Shown: positions 29,115 to 38,894 of the stretch, one piece after another | How the letters are laid out: each line of letters opens with the position of its first letter | Position numbering within the stretch: position 1 is the first letter of the stretch | NCBI GenBank assembly: GCA_964387275.1 | Contig: CAYLVW010000001.1 | Location: 150,619-214,618 of the forward strand | Reading direction: 5' to 3' | Source: an uncultured Candidatus Saccharibacteria bacterium | Lineage (GTDB): Bacteria > Patescibacteriota > WWE3 > UBA101185 > UBA10185 | DNA: 64,000 nucleotides | The notes under the pieces: model-generated | What the model was told of the DNA's origin: nothing | Databases searched by the model: none | The model's input: only the letters and a program-made list of their open reading frames with translations | Program-made: the position numbers and the translations under genes

Positions 29115-30446
29115 ATGAAGTTATGTATTATAGGTACAGGTTATATAGGTTTGGTTGGTGCTACAGTTTTCTCTGATTGGGGAAACGAAGTTATCGGAGT
29201 TGATGTAGACAAAAAGAAAATAGAGAGGATCCAAGCTGGGGATATGCCTATATACGAGCCTGGACTTTCAGAACTAGTGTTAAAGAATGTGGAGAATAAG
29301 CATCTTCGCTTTACTACAGATCTTGAAGATGGTGTCAGAAATTCAGAGATCATCTTTATATGTGTTGGTACCCCTCAGGATCATGACGGCTCTGCAAATT
29401 TATCCTACGTTTATGCCGCTGCTAAGGAGATTGCTACTCATATAAATGATTACAAGGTTATTGTGGTTAAGAGTACAGTTCCGGTTGGTACAAATGAACA
29501 AGTAAAAAGAATTATCAGCGAAAATATTAAAAAAGGAATAGAGTTTGATGTAGTCTCTAACCCAGAATTTTTAAGAGAAGGATCTTCCGTAGAAGATATG
29601 ATGAATACAGACAGAACTGTTTTAGGTTCTGACAGTAAGAGAGCTTTGGAAAAGATGAAAGCTTTGTATCAGCACCTAAATTCACCTATAGTTGAGTGTG
29701 ATTTAAGATCAGCTGAGCTTATTAAATATGCTTCTAACTCATTTTTGGCTACAAAGATTACTTTTATTAATGAAATAAGTCAGCTGTGCGAGAAGACTGG
29801 TGCTGATGTATCTATGGTTGCTAAGGGTATGGGCTTGGATAAAAGAATCGGACCTAGATTTTTAAATGCTGGGCTTGGTTATGGGGGCAGCTGTTTTCCT
29901 AAGGATGTATCCGCTTTATACAAAACTTCTATGGATTATGGTTACCATTTTAAAATTCTGGACTCAGTAATAAGTGCCAACGAAGCTCAGAAAAATGCAT
30001 ACATTTATAAAATAGTTCATATGTATGGCGAGAACCTAACAGGTAAGACTTTTGCTTGTCTTGGCCTTTCCTTTAAAGATAATACTGATGATGTTAGAGA
30101 ATCTGTAGCAATAAAGGTTATTAGAGCTTTGAGGGGTATGGGTGCAAAGATAAATGCATATGACCCTAAAGCTTTAGAGACTGGTAAAAAGGAGCTTGGT
30201 GATTCAAGCATTGAGTATTTCACAAGTCCTTATAAAGCAGTTATGGGAGTGGATGCTATTTGTATTCTTACTGAGTGGCAGGAGTTTGGTAGTTTAGATT
30301 TAGATATGGTGAGAAAATCTGTTAGATGGCCTGTGATATTTGACGGAAGAAATAAGGTAGACTCATTTGAGGCTTTAAAGAATGGTTTTGCTTACTATGG
30401 AATAGGTAGGAAGAGTACTTCTGATACGACACCTGGAGTCCAATAA
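29115..30446 (+). CDS. UDP-glucose 6-dehydrogenase family nucleotide-sugar dehydrogenase.
   Basis: N-terminal Rossmann GTGYIGLVGA and catalytic GGSCFPKD. Confidence 0.88.
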   Translation: MKLCIIGTGYIGLVGATVFSDWGNEVIGVDVDKKKIERIQAGDMPIYEPGLSELVLKNVENKHLRFTTDLEDGVRNSEIIFICVGTPQDHDGSANLSYVYAAAKEIATHINDYKVIVVKSTVPVGTNEQVKRIISENIKKGIEFDVVSNPEFLREGSSVEDMMNTDRTVLGSDSKRALEKMKALYQHLNSPIVECDLRSAELIKYASNSFLATKITFINEISQLCEKTGADVSMVAKGMGLDKRIGPRFLNAGLGYGGSCFPKDVSALYKTSMDYGYHFKILDSVISANEAQKNAYIYKIVHMYGENLTGKTFACLGLSFKDNTDDVRESVAIKVIRALRGMGAKINAYDPKALETGKKELGDSSIEYFTSPYKAVMGVDAICILTEWQEFGSLDLDMVRKSVRWPVIFDGRNKVDSFEALKNGFAYYGIGRKSTSDTTPGVQ

Positions 30447-30448
30447 AG

Positions 30449-31648
30449 ATGAAAAAGATACTATATTTTATACCAGAATTTCCGAAGCTCACCGAAACTT
30501 TTATTGAACGTGAAGTAAGTAAGTTGGTGGATTTGGGTGTTTTAGATGTAAGAGTTCTCAGTGTGAAGAAAGCCAGCGGTTTTTTGTCGCCTAATTTGAC
30601 CGAAAGGGTTACCTTTAGAGATATTAGTATTTTGGATTTTTTTCGGGGGATTAAGTATTTAATTTCATCTTTTGGAAGACTTCACGATATTTTGGTTATT
30701 ATATTTAGTGTAAATAGCCCGAAGCTGGCTGTATCAAATATGATTTACTTTTTGAAATCAGTTGGCTATGCATACGTTATAGATAGTTTTAAGCCCGATC
30801 ATATTCACTCACATTTTCTGTCTTATCCATCTACAATAGTCATGTTTGTATCAATTTTACTAGCCAAGCCTTTTAGCATATCTGGACACGCTAGAGATGT
30901 TTTTGTTGATGGCGAGTTAATACCTCAAAAAGTAGCAAGGGCAAAGTTTATTTCTATTTGTAATACATATGCTTGGAGCAAGTGTATAGAGCTTAGTAAG
31001 GGAGAGAATGCTTCCAATGTTCATAAGATATATCATGGGATGAATTTAACTTCTTTACTTGCTAAAGAGCCTAAGATGGTAAAGCCATCAAGACCACTTA
31101 TTTTTGCAGGTTCACGCTTAGTTGAAAAGAAAGGTTTAAAGTATCTTATAGAAGCTTCCAAAACATTAAAGGAGCGTGGGGTAAATCATGAGGTGCATAT
31201 AGTAGGGCCGGGGCCTTTATATCAACAGCTAGTAGATATGGTTAATTTTTTGGGTTTATCAGATACTGTTTTTATACCTGGTGCTGGAAAAGGAGTATCT
31301 AACGCAGATATTATGGAATATTTTAAGATAGCAGATATATTTGCTCATCCAAGTATTGAGACAGGGACTGGGGACGTGGATGGAGTTCCTACATTTGTTA
31401 TAGAATCCTCTATGGCTAAAGTTCCAGTTGTAACAACAAGAGCAGGTAGTATTACCGATCTTATAGATGACGAGACAGGAGTATTAGTTAAACAAAAAGA
31501 TCCATATTCTTTAGCTGATGGCCTGGAGAAGCTTATTGTAAGTCCTGAGCTTAGAAAATCTCTTGGTCAAAAAGCTTACGATAGGGCTAAGGTAATGTTT
31601 GATCTAGATGTTAATGTGACTTCGTTGCAGACTCTTTTTCTGGAGTAG
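30449..31648 (+). CDS. GT4 (GT-B, retaining) glycosyltransferase.
   Basis: C-terminal Glycos_transf_1 region (FAHPSIETGTGDVDGVPTFVIESSMAKVPVVTT; E-x7-E-like). Confidence 0.8.
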   Translation: MKKILYFIPEFPKLTETFIEREVSKLVDLGVLDVRVLSVKKASGFLSPNLTERVTFRDISILDFFRGIKYLISSFGRLHDILVIIFSVNSPKLAVSNMIYFLKSVGYAYVIDSFKPDHIHSHFLSYPSTIVMFVSILLAKPFSISGHARDVFVDGELIPQKVARAKFISICNTYAWSKCIELSKGENASNVHKIYHGMNLTSLLAKEPKMVKPSRPLIFAGSRLVEKKGLKYLIEASKTLKERGVNHEVHIVGPGPLYQQLVDMVNFLGLSDTVFIPGAGKGVSNADIMEYFKIADIFAHPSIETGTGDVDGVPTFVIESSMAKVPVVTTRAGSITDLIDDETGVLVKQKDPYSLADGLEKLIVSPELRKSLGQKAYDRAKVMFDLDVNVTSLQTLFLE

Positions 31649-31700
31649 TGTTTATTTTTATAGCTTTGTGGGTCAGTGTTTTTTTGATTTATATTAGGTA

Positions 31701-31738
31701 GGGCCGGGTTATTGGAGCGAAGCTCAATAACCCGGCCC
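31701..31738. terminator. 14-bp GC-rich inverted repeat (GGGCCGGGTTATTG / CAATAACCCGGCCC, 10-nt loop) between convergent genes.
   Basis: Perfect inverted repeat read directly from the sequence. It sits between the + strand GT4 gene (ends 31648) and the - strand gene (ends 31770). There is a T-rich stretch upstream and an A-rich stretch downstream. Confidence 0.5.
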
Positions 31739-31769
31739 CTAAGCCGTCCTACAAAACCAAAACAAAAGC

Positions 31770-32012
31770 CTAGCAAGGATAATACCTCTTACCAGTTTCA
31801 GGATCCAGAATGTAATATCCTCTAGGATACTGGAAAGAAACTATAACTTCACTAGATTCAGCCAGTTCTTTAGGAATATAGAACCTGGTCATAGCGCTAT
31901 AATCAGTATCATTAACTCTAAACATAAGCTTAGCTGTATTTTCCTCCATTGCCACAGTTATGTCTGAAACTTTAATAGTTGGCCAGTCTCTTGCTGGTAC
32001 AATAGAAAGCAT
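31770..32012 (-). CDS. Hypothetical 80-aa protein, the only minus-strand gene in the island.
   Basis: Strong RBS (AGAGGAGAG) 6 nt upstream of the ATG at 32012. The sequence MLSIVPARDWPTIKV...YPRGYYILDPETGKRYYPC has no recognisable family. The longer ORF-track version (to 32144) would overlap the divergent GT4 start. Confidence 0.45.
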   Translation of the reverse strand: MLSIVPARDWPTIKVSDITVAMEENTAKLMFRVNDTDYSAMTRFYIPKELAESSEVIVSFQYPRGYYILDPETGKRYYPC

Positions 32013-32078
32013 GATTCTCTCCTCTTTCACCAAAAGTCCTCTCTTAATTAAGACAATAATATCATGTACAATAACCTT

Positions 32079-33260
32079 ATGAAAATTGCTGTTTTTATAA
32101 AATCCACCACGTTTCACAAAACATACGGTGGTATGGAAACACAAAACAAATTATTGTGTGAAGAATTAGCTAGAAGAGGTTACCAAGTCACAGTATTCTC
32201 CCCCCAACTTGAACTTACAATTTCTGACAAGAATGAATTTGGGGTAAGGTATGAATTTATCAATTGTGACTACACAAATTCACTATTGTCATTTATAAAC
32301 CCTAATAGCTGGTTTAAGAAATCTTATGACCATTTTATAAAGCAGGACACTGAAAGAAATTTTGATATCATTATTTCTCAAAGCTCTGCCGCTCTTGGTG
32401 TTATAAAAAGAAGACGCTTTGTAAAAGCATCAATAATTTCAATCTCACATGGAACGACAATTAGCGAATACAAAAGCTACTTATCTTCTGCTAAATCTCT
32501 TAAATCTTACCTACGTTTTGTGCCTAATACTCTATATACTCTAAGAAATTTTTTTGGTAGGCAAAGAGAGTTTATACATGGTTCGGATGTCAATGTGGCA
32601 GTTTCAAATTTTGTTAAAACTAACTTGATCAATGAGACATTTGTTGAAGAGAATAAAGTTATTGTTATCAATAACGGTATAGACCCTAACCCATTTGAGA
32701 AGTTTCAGAGAACTTTCAAAACAGCCAGGAATCTTAAAGTGATGTATTCTGGAAGAGTTGACAGATCTAAGGGGGTATTTCAGTTACTAAGGTTGGCTAA
32801 AAAATTTCCCGAACTTCAGATAAACTTTTATGGAACAGGTGACGCTTATGAAGATCTATCCAAGCAAGTTATGAAAGACAGCATTAACAATGTTGTTATG
32901 CATGGCAAGGTACTGTACAAAGACATGGTGGCTAAATATTTTGAAAATGACGTTTTGGTATTGCCAACTATTCGAGTAGAGGGGTTACCGATGGTTATTA
33001 TTGAGGCGCAGTTTTCCAAATTACCAATTATTGCAAGTGACATGGGAGGTATAACTGACGCAATAAAAAACGGCAAAACAGGCTTGCTTATAAATGCTGG
33101 AGATTTTGAAGACTTAGCTGATAAAATAAAGATACTTATGTCGTCAATGGAAACCAGGAAAAAAGTTTCTGAGGGAGCCTACAATTTTGCAACAGAGAAT
33201 TTTACGATTACTAAGATGACAGATAGATACGAACAAATTATTAGAAAGCTTAGAAAATGA
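32079..33260 (+). CDS. GT4 glycosyltransferase.
   Basis: MKIAVFIKS...GGME N-terminus. C-terminal VLPTIRVEGLPMVIIEAQFSKLPIIASDMGG is the GT4 motif. Start chosen at 32079. Confidence 0.8.
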   Translation: MKIAVFIKSTTFHKTYGGMETQNKLLCEELARRGYQVTVFSPQLELTISDKNEFGVRYEFINCDYTNSLLSFINPNSWFKKSYDHFIKQDTERNFDIIISQSSAALGVIKRRRFVKASIISISHGTTISEYKSYLSSAKSLKSYLRFVPNTLYTLRNFFGRQREFIHGSDVNVAVSNFVKTNLINETFVEENKVIVINNGIDPNPFEKFQRTFKTARNLKVMYSGRVDRSKGVFQLLRLAKKFPELQINFYGTGDAYEDLSKQVMKDSINNVVMHGKVLYKDMVAKYFENDVLVLPTIRVEGLPMVIIEAQFSKLPIIASDMGGITDAIKNGKTGLLINAGDFEDLADKIKILMSSMETRKKVSEGAYNFATENFTITKMTDRYEQIIRKLRK

Positions 33261-34450
33261 AAATTCTTAGAATTGTATACGATTGGCCTCCACCCTGGGA
33301 CGGTTTAGGCCCACATCCTTATGAGGTGACTGTTTCTCAGGCCTTACTTGGTCATGATATTACAGTTTTTTGTGCGAGGTGGCCAAATGCTGGGAAAATT
33401 GAAGAACCTAAAGGTACCTCTGTGGTTGGTTTTATTAGAGAGCCCATTGAAGGTACCTGGTTTTTTACCACTTCTTTACTGATGTTTGGATATTATCTTT
33501 CTTGGAGGTCCCATAACACTCCAGATATTATTCATATACATGGCCATTTTGGTGCATGGATTTATCTTTATCGTAGATTTCTCGCAATATTTAATAAAAA
33601 CCACCCAGAATTATCTATACCTATTGTTTCTCACTTTCACAATACTGTAGCTGGTAGAAGAGCTAAATTTTTATCTATGAACAAACCAATAAAGACTATT
33701 TCTAAGTACTTGTCTTGGCCCATTGCTGAGTGGTCTGATAGGCAAGCTATAAAGCAGTCTAAGGCACATCTTTTTGTTAGCCAAGACACCAGAGACGAGG
33801 CAGTAAAGTTTTACTCCGCTTCTTTAGAAAAATGTTACTTAGTAGAAACTGGTGTTAATACACATTTATTTAGGCCGATAGGTACCGAGGAGTTTGAAAA
33901 AACTCGCAAAGATTTAGGTTTGGATTCCAGAGATATTGTTATTTTGAATTACGGGAAGATGGTTGAGAGAAAAAATATTCATCTACTGGTGGAAGCTTTA
34001 CCAAACTTACCCATAACTTACAAACTTCTGCTTGTTGGTTCTGGGGATAGTTCTTATATCGGGAGAATGAAAGAGCGAATTACAGAGCTTGGTTTAACAG
34101 ATCGGGTTATTTTTGTAGGTTATACTCCGTACCCAGAACTTCCTATAGCAATTCAGGCGTCAAATTTATTTGTTCTTCCTTCAAGCTGGGAGGGTTTACC
34201 AAAGGTTGTTATGGAAAGTTTGGCGTGTAAAGTTAAAGTATTAGCTTCAGGATTTAGAGTATCCGAGGACATTAGGGGTCTATTTTACTTAGAATCTTTG
34301 GAACCTATGGATATTGCAGCCAAAATACAGGAAGTGGTTCAAACTGAGGTTGACGTAGATAGGGATAGGATTATAGACAAATTTTCTTGGGATAAGCGTG
34401 TGCAAATTATTGAAAAGGTATATGAAAAAATCACTTCAGCAGATAATTAA
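33257..34450 (+). CDS. GT4 glycosyltransferase.
   Basis: LPSSWEGLPKVVMESLACKVKVLAS. ATGA overlap with the upstream gene. Confidence 0.8.
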   Translation: MKILRIVYDWPPPWDGLGPHPYEVTVSQALLGHDITVFCARWPNAGKIEEPKGTSVVGFIREPIEGTWFFTTSLLMFGYYLSWRSHNTPDIIHIHGHFGAWIYLYRRFLAIFNKNHPELSIPIVSHFHNTVAGRRAKFLSMNKPIKTISKYLSWPIAEWSDRQAIKQSKAHLFVSQDTRDEAVKFYSASLEKCYLVETGVNTHLFRPIGTEEFEKTRKDLGLDSRDIVILNYGKMVERKNIHLLVEALPNLPITYKLLLVGSGDSSYIGRMKERITELGLTDRVIFVGYTPYPELPIAIQASNLFVLPSSWEGLPKVVMESLACKVKVLASGFRVSEDIRGLFYLESLEPMDIAAKIQEVVQTEVDVDRDRIIDKFSWDKRVQIIEKVYEKITSADN

Positions 34451-36005
34451 TATAGATAAATTCTTCCATGAAAAAAGTACTATAAATTTTGTATTTGTAC
34501 TATTTATTACACTACACTTATTTTTACTAAACATTAACTTTGCAGAGTGGGGAGATTCGTACAGAATACTAAGGGCCTCTGAGTACCTACGCTCCTTTGA
34601 TTATCCTAGTGATGAGAAAAGGCCACCTCTGTATTCTCTGTTGCTTTCCATTAGGCCCTCTGTTGTAGATCCTATTATATGGGGCAAGATATTAATGTTA
34701 CTAATTAGCACGCTAACATTCATACTGTTCACTAAAATAGCCAGTGAGTTTTTTTCAAATAATTATTACAAAACAAATTTAGCTTCATTATTTTTGGCAC
34801 TTAACCCGGTGTTTTTATATTGGTCACTTAGAATTTATGCTGATGTTTTTTTTGCATTAATAGTACTTTTGGCGACTTTAGTTTATATAAAAAGGTATAA
34901 GAGAGTTAATTCGTATCTTAATATTTTCATATTAGGGTTTATTACATCCTTGGGAATAGTAACTAGATTTGAAGGTTTTATTCTTTTTGGGGCACTCGGG
35001 ATTGGAATTACTTTTTCAGAAGGCTTTGTTAACTTGACCTACCAAATAAGAGAAAACTTAGGTAAAGTCTTATCTTATGCCTTAACTGTTGTTTTAATGA
35101 TTTTTCCATACTTTATTTGGAGAAATCCTTTTACAAGCTCTTATTTATCTGAGCCATCAGGCAGAGTATTTGGGGTAAACGAAATAGTAATATTTTTTGC
35201 ATCCGTTGCTTTTTGTGGTGGTTCCATTTTGTATTTTATATTTATAAGCCAATCAATTAATACCATAAAAAAGTTTCTTGTTGAGAATACGTTTATTGGA
35301 AGCTACCTTCTTTTTATTTTAATACTTTCTTTGCTATGGCCCGCTGCTATTCCCAGATTACTGGTTTCTGCTATTCCCTTTGGGATATTATTGTTTGTTG
35401 TTCAGTACACATCTGTTCTTGAGTTTACAAAGAAACAGGTAATAATTGTTAGTTCTCTCCTTATTGGTTTTTATATATTAGTGCAGTATAAATACAAATT
35501 GCAGTTTTTGTTACCGAGTAAACAACTTATGGTTATTGTGATTCTTATGGGTCTTTTGTCACTACTTGCTTATTTGCTTAGGAACAAAAACCTTTTATTG
35601 CTATCTTTCATACTTTCTATGTTTGTCTGGTCATTAACTGTAGTATATTTGCATAAAGATATATTCAAGGTTGTAACATTAGGTGCCAAATTCGCAGGTA
35701 GGGGTTTGGATGGGGTTGTTGCTTACAACGATATCTCCGCTGTATCTGACTGGTATCTTAATAATGATCCTTTGAGAAATCCTAAAGTTAGTGGAAAATT
35801 TCTACCTTACTACAAAAAATCCGATGCTAGCTTATCTAATCTGAGGGCAATAGGGTCAGATTATCTTCTTATTACTAACGAGCATAATTTGAGTATGACA
35901 TTTGATGATAGCGACAAGCCTTATTTAGAAAAAGTAGCTGAATATACTGAAACAGTAAATGGAGGTAGTTTTTTTACCAAAGTATACAAGGTAAAGTATA
36001 ATTAA
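34422..36005 (+). CDS. GT-C fold membrane glycosyltransferase, ArnT/PMT-like (GT39/GT83-type).
   Basis: More than 10 predicted TM segments. The first extracytoplasmic loop reads YPSDEKRPPLYSLLLS, matching the ArnT-family DE...KPPL..W motif. C-terminal soluble domain. Start at 34422 (GAAAAGG RBS). Confidence 0.7.
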   Translation: MKKSLQQIINIDKFFHEKSTINFVFVLFITLHLFLLNINFAEWGDSYRILRASEYLRSFDYPSDEKRPPLYSLLLSIRPSVVDPIIWGKILMLLISTLTFILFTKIASEFFSNNYYKTNLASLFLALNPVFLYWSLRIYADVFFALIVLLATLVYIKRYKRVNSYLNIFILGFITSLGIVTRFEGFILFGALGIGITFSEGFVNLTYQIRENLGKVLSYALTVVLMIFPYFIWRNPFTSSYLSEPSGRVFGVNEIVIFFASVAFCGGSILYFIFISQSINTIKKFLVENTFIGSYLLFILILSLLWPAAIPRLLVSAIPFGILLFVVQYTSVLEFTKKQVIIVSSLLIGFYILVQYKYKLQFLLPSKQLMVIVILMGLLSLLAYLLRNKNLLLLSFILSMFVWSLTVVYLHKDIFKVVTLGAKFAGRGLDGVVAYNDISAVSDWYLNNDPLRNPKVSGKFLPYYKKSDASLSNLRAIGSDYLLITNEHNLSMTFDDSDKPYLEKVAEYTETVNGGSFFTKVYKVKYN

Positions 36006-36009
36006 ACTT

Positions 36010-36699
36010 ATGAAATTATCAGTCGTTATTCCAGTTTATAATGAAAAAAAAACTATTGAACAGATAATAGCATCTGTAAGATCTGTTACGGGGATTGAGA
36101 AGGAGATAGTAGTTGTAGACGATTTTTCTACCGACGGCACTCGGGAAATCCTTTCCGGAATATCAACAAAATATCCAGAGGTAAAAATATATTTTAAAGA
36201 ATTTAATTCAGGTAAGGGAGCTACTTTAAGGGAAGCATTTAGCCATACCACCGGAGATTTAGTAATAGTACAAGATGCTGATTTAGAGTATGACCCCAAA
36301 GATTACTCAGTGTTGGTTGAAGCTTACAATAAATTAGGTGGCAAGGCTGTAGTATATGGTTCAAGGTTTTCAGGAAATTACCAAGACATGACCAGTCTGC
36401 ATTATCATGGAAATCGGCTACTTACTATGATAACTAATTTTCTTTTTGGTACTTCACTTACTGATATGGAGACATGCTACAAACTCTTACCTGGGAATTT
36501 TGCTCGTGAAGTTAAAATTATTTCTAATAGATTTAACTTTGAGCCGGAGATCACAGCAAAAATTCTTAAATCTGGTTTTAAGATTGTAGAAGTCCCTATT
36601 ACTTATAAAGGCAGAAGTTTTTCAGAAGGAAAAAAAATTACATGGCGAGATGGTATATCTGCTTTGTACACATTAATTAGATTTAGAATTGCCAGTTAG
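36010..36699 (+). CDS. GT2 polyprenyl-phosphate sugar synthase-like glycosyltransferase.
   Basis: LSVVIPVYNEKKTIEQII...VVVDDFSTDGT...VQDADLEYDP. Confidence 0.82.
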   Translation: MKLSVVIPVYNEKKTIEQIIASVRSVTGIEKEIVVVDDFSTDGTREILSGISTKYPEVKIYFKEFNSGKGATLREAFSHTTGDLVIVQDADLEYDPKDYSVLVEAYNKLGGKAVVYGSRFSGNYQDMTSLHYHGNRLLTMITNFLFGTSLTDMETCYKLLPGNFAREVKIISNRFNFEPEITAKILKSGFKIVEVPITYKGRSFSEGKKITWRDGISALYTLIRFRIAS

Positions 36700-36702
36700 C
36701 TT

Positions 36703-38850
36703 ATGAAAAAACTAGTTAACTTTTTGACTAATAATAAATTGTTGGTGGTACTTTTTGTTTACAGTCTGTTTATTTTCGCTGTAAATATTAGGATAAACTA
36801 TTTTAGATACGATAATTTTGATTTTGGTAAGTTTGACTTGGGTAACATGTCTCAAATGTTATGGAATACCATGAATGGTAGGTTTATGTATCTTACTGAT
36901 TACTTTGGGACGAATCTACCTAGGTGGGCAATGAGCCATGTTGATCCTATCCTTCTTCTTTTCTTGCCGGTTTTTGCGATATTTCCGAATTCTATGACTC
37001 TGGTAGTAGGGCAGTTAATACTTGTTATTTTTGGGTCACTTATAGTCTACTATATTGCAAAGCAGCAACTTGGGTCTAGTTTATCTGGTTTTATTGCAGG
37101 ATTAATATACTTGTCTTACCCTGCTCTTGGGTTTTTGACTGCTTGGACTGGTTTTCATGGAGTTAGTGCTGCTATACCTTTTTTTCTTCTAGCTTTTTAT
37201 TTATTAGAACGAATGCATAAGTCTAATAATTTTAACCGTTTCGGTATTGGATTATTTTGGCTTTTGCTCATAATCTTGATGTCTGGAAAAGAGCAGATAT
37301 CTCTATATATTGTTATGTGGGGAATTTTTATTTTGTTTTTTAGAAGCAGCCTTGATTATTCTTCCATTAAAAACTTCAGTGTGACCAGATATATTGCTGA
37401 TGTTAGAACTAAGTTAGGTTTATCTATGGTACTAATTGGAGCATTGTGGTTCATATTTTGTTTTTTTGTAATAATTCCTGCCAATGCTCACTATAGGATT
37501 AATGGTTTTGATCGGTTTGCAAAGAGTTTGGATTTAAATCCAGAAGGTTTAAATGATGTATCAAAGGACAACTATTTTCTTAAGAGGTACGAATCTTTTG
37601 GGGATGGATATTTGGGTGTAGCTCTTGGAATACTAGGTAATCCTTCTGATACCATAAGGGTATTATTTGGTGGAGACAAGCTTGATAATTTTCGAGAGAC
37701 TTTGGAGCCACTCGGCTACCTACCTTTTTTGTACCCACAGGTGTTTTTGCTGGCACTACCTGATTTTGCAATTAATTATCTTACTACCCTAGATGGAGTT
37801 GGTACCTCTGAGATTTATAATCATAGAGTCTCTATGATAATACCAGTAGTTGTGGTTTCTGCAATTTATGCTGTTGGGTTTTTGTCCAGTTTACTTTCTG
37901 AGATAGGGATAAAAAACAAAAAACTTGATAAAAAATTAGTATCTACTGTTCTACTATTATTTGTTTTATTTCAAACCCTACTTAGTACATATAGATATAA
38001 TAATCCGGTTTATTTATGGTTTACACAAGCCATTCAAAAAAAACTTATTGGATCTGTTGCACTTGCAAAAACTGATACATCTTTAATTAACAAAGCGTTA
38101 GGGAAGGGTGATGTTGTGAGGATAACTACCTTGGAGAATAAAGACAGAGAGTGCGCTAAGCAGATTGTAGAAATGATACCAGAAGGTGTTAGTGTGAGCG
38201 GACCTGACTATTTAGGTGCTCATCTAGGACTTCGTGAAACTTATGCAATATTTCCGGCTTTATACAATGAGGCTGACTACGTTATCATAGATGTATTTTC
38301 CAAAAAGATACTAACAATATTGGATGCTGATGTGTCTTTAGTTAAGGATGTTTTGAAGGATGTATACACCAGCAAGGACTACGATATGGTGACTGGGTGT
38401 GGTAACTTGTTCGTTTTTAGAAAAATTCAGACATCCGAAACAGTATCAAAGCTGCCGTTACAAGAAAGATTTACATACGATGAGAAAGTTAGTATGGAAA
38501 TTTTTCAAACACTCACTGTGGTTGATTACATATATCCAGAGAGTATGAATCGCGGTAGTTCCTATCCATTTGAGATTGTCTACTCCAAAAAAGGTGATGG
38601 CAACTTATCTGATTATGTTTTATATACTACATTAATAAATAACAAAACAGGGCAAGTTTACCAATTTGCCAATCTACCTTCCTTTGCTATATCACCTGTA
38701 AAAGATTGGGTTGAGGATAGATACTATATCGAATCCTTTGGGGTTACTATTCCTGGATATATAGATGGAGGTAACTACAGATTGTTTGTTGGTATGACTA
38801 ATAACATTAGAAATAGAAGTATGTATTTAGGAGATATACAGGTCAATTAA
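36703..38850 (+). CDS. Large polytopic membrane protein (715 aa) with a C-terminal extracytoplasmic domain, putative GT-C glycosyltransferase.
   Basis: About 12 TM segments in the N-terminal 440 aa, then a soluble roughly 270-aa domain. No assignable named family from sequence alone. Confidence 0.5.
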   Translation: MKKLVNFLTNNKLLVVLFVYSLFIFAVNIRINYFRYDNFDFGKFDLGNMSQMLWNTMNGRFMYLTDYFGTNLPRWAMSHVDPILLLFLPVFAIFPNSMTLVVGQLILVIFGSLIVYYIAKQQLGSSLSGFIAGLIYLSYPALGFLTAWTGFHGVSAAIPFFLLAFYLLERMHKSNNFNRFGIGLFWLLLIILMSGKEQISLYIVMWGIFILFFRSSLDYSSIKNFSVTRYIADVRTKLGLSMVLIGALWFIFCFFVIIPANAHYRINGFDRFAKSLDLNPEGLNDVSKDNYFLKRYESFGDGYLGVALGILGNPSDTIRVLFGGDKLDNFRETLEPLGYLPFLYPQVFLLALPDFAINYLTTLDGVGTSEIYNHRVSMIIPVVVVSAIYAVGFLSSLLSEIGIKNKKLDKKLVSTVLLLFVLFQTLLSTYRYNNPVYLWFTQAIQKKLIGSVALAKTDTSLINKALGKGDVVRITTLENKDRECAKQIVEMIPEGVSVSGPDYLGAHLGLRETYAIFPALYNEADYVIIDVFSKKILTILDADVSLVKDVLKDVYTSKDYDMVTGCGNLFVFRKIQTSETVSKLPLQERFTYDEKVSMEIFQTLTVVDYIYPESMNRGSSYPFEIVYSKKGDGNLSDYVLYTTLINNKTGQVYQFANLPSFAISPVKDWVEDRYYIESFGVTIPGYIDGGNYRLFVGMTNNIRNRSMYLGDIQVN

Positions 38851-38894
38851 CTGGTGTTTGACGATCCCACCTAAATACCTGCACAATAAAGTAT

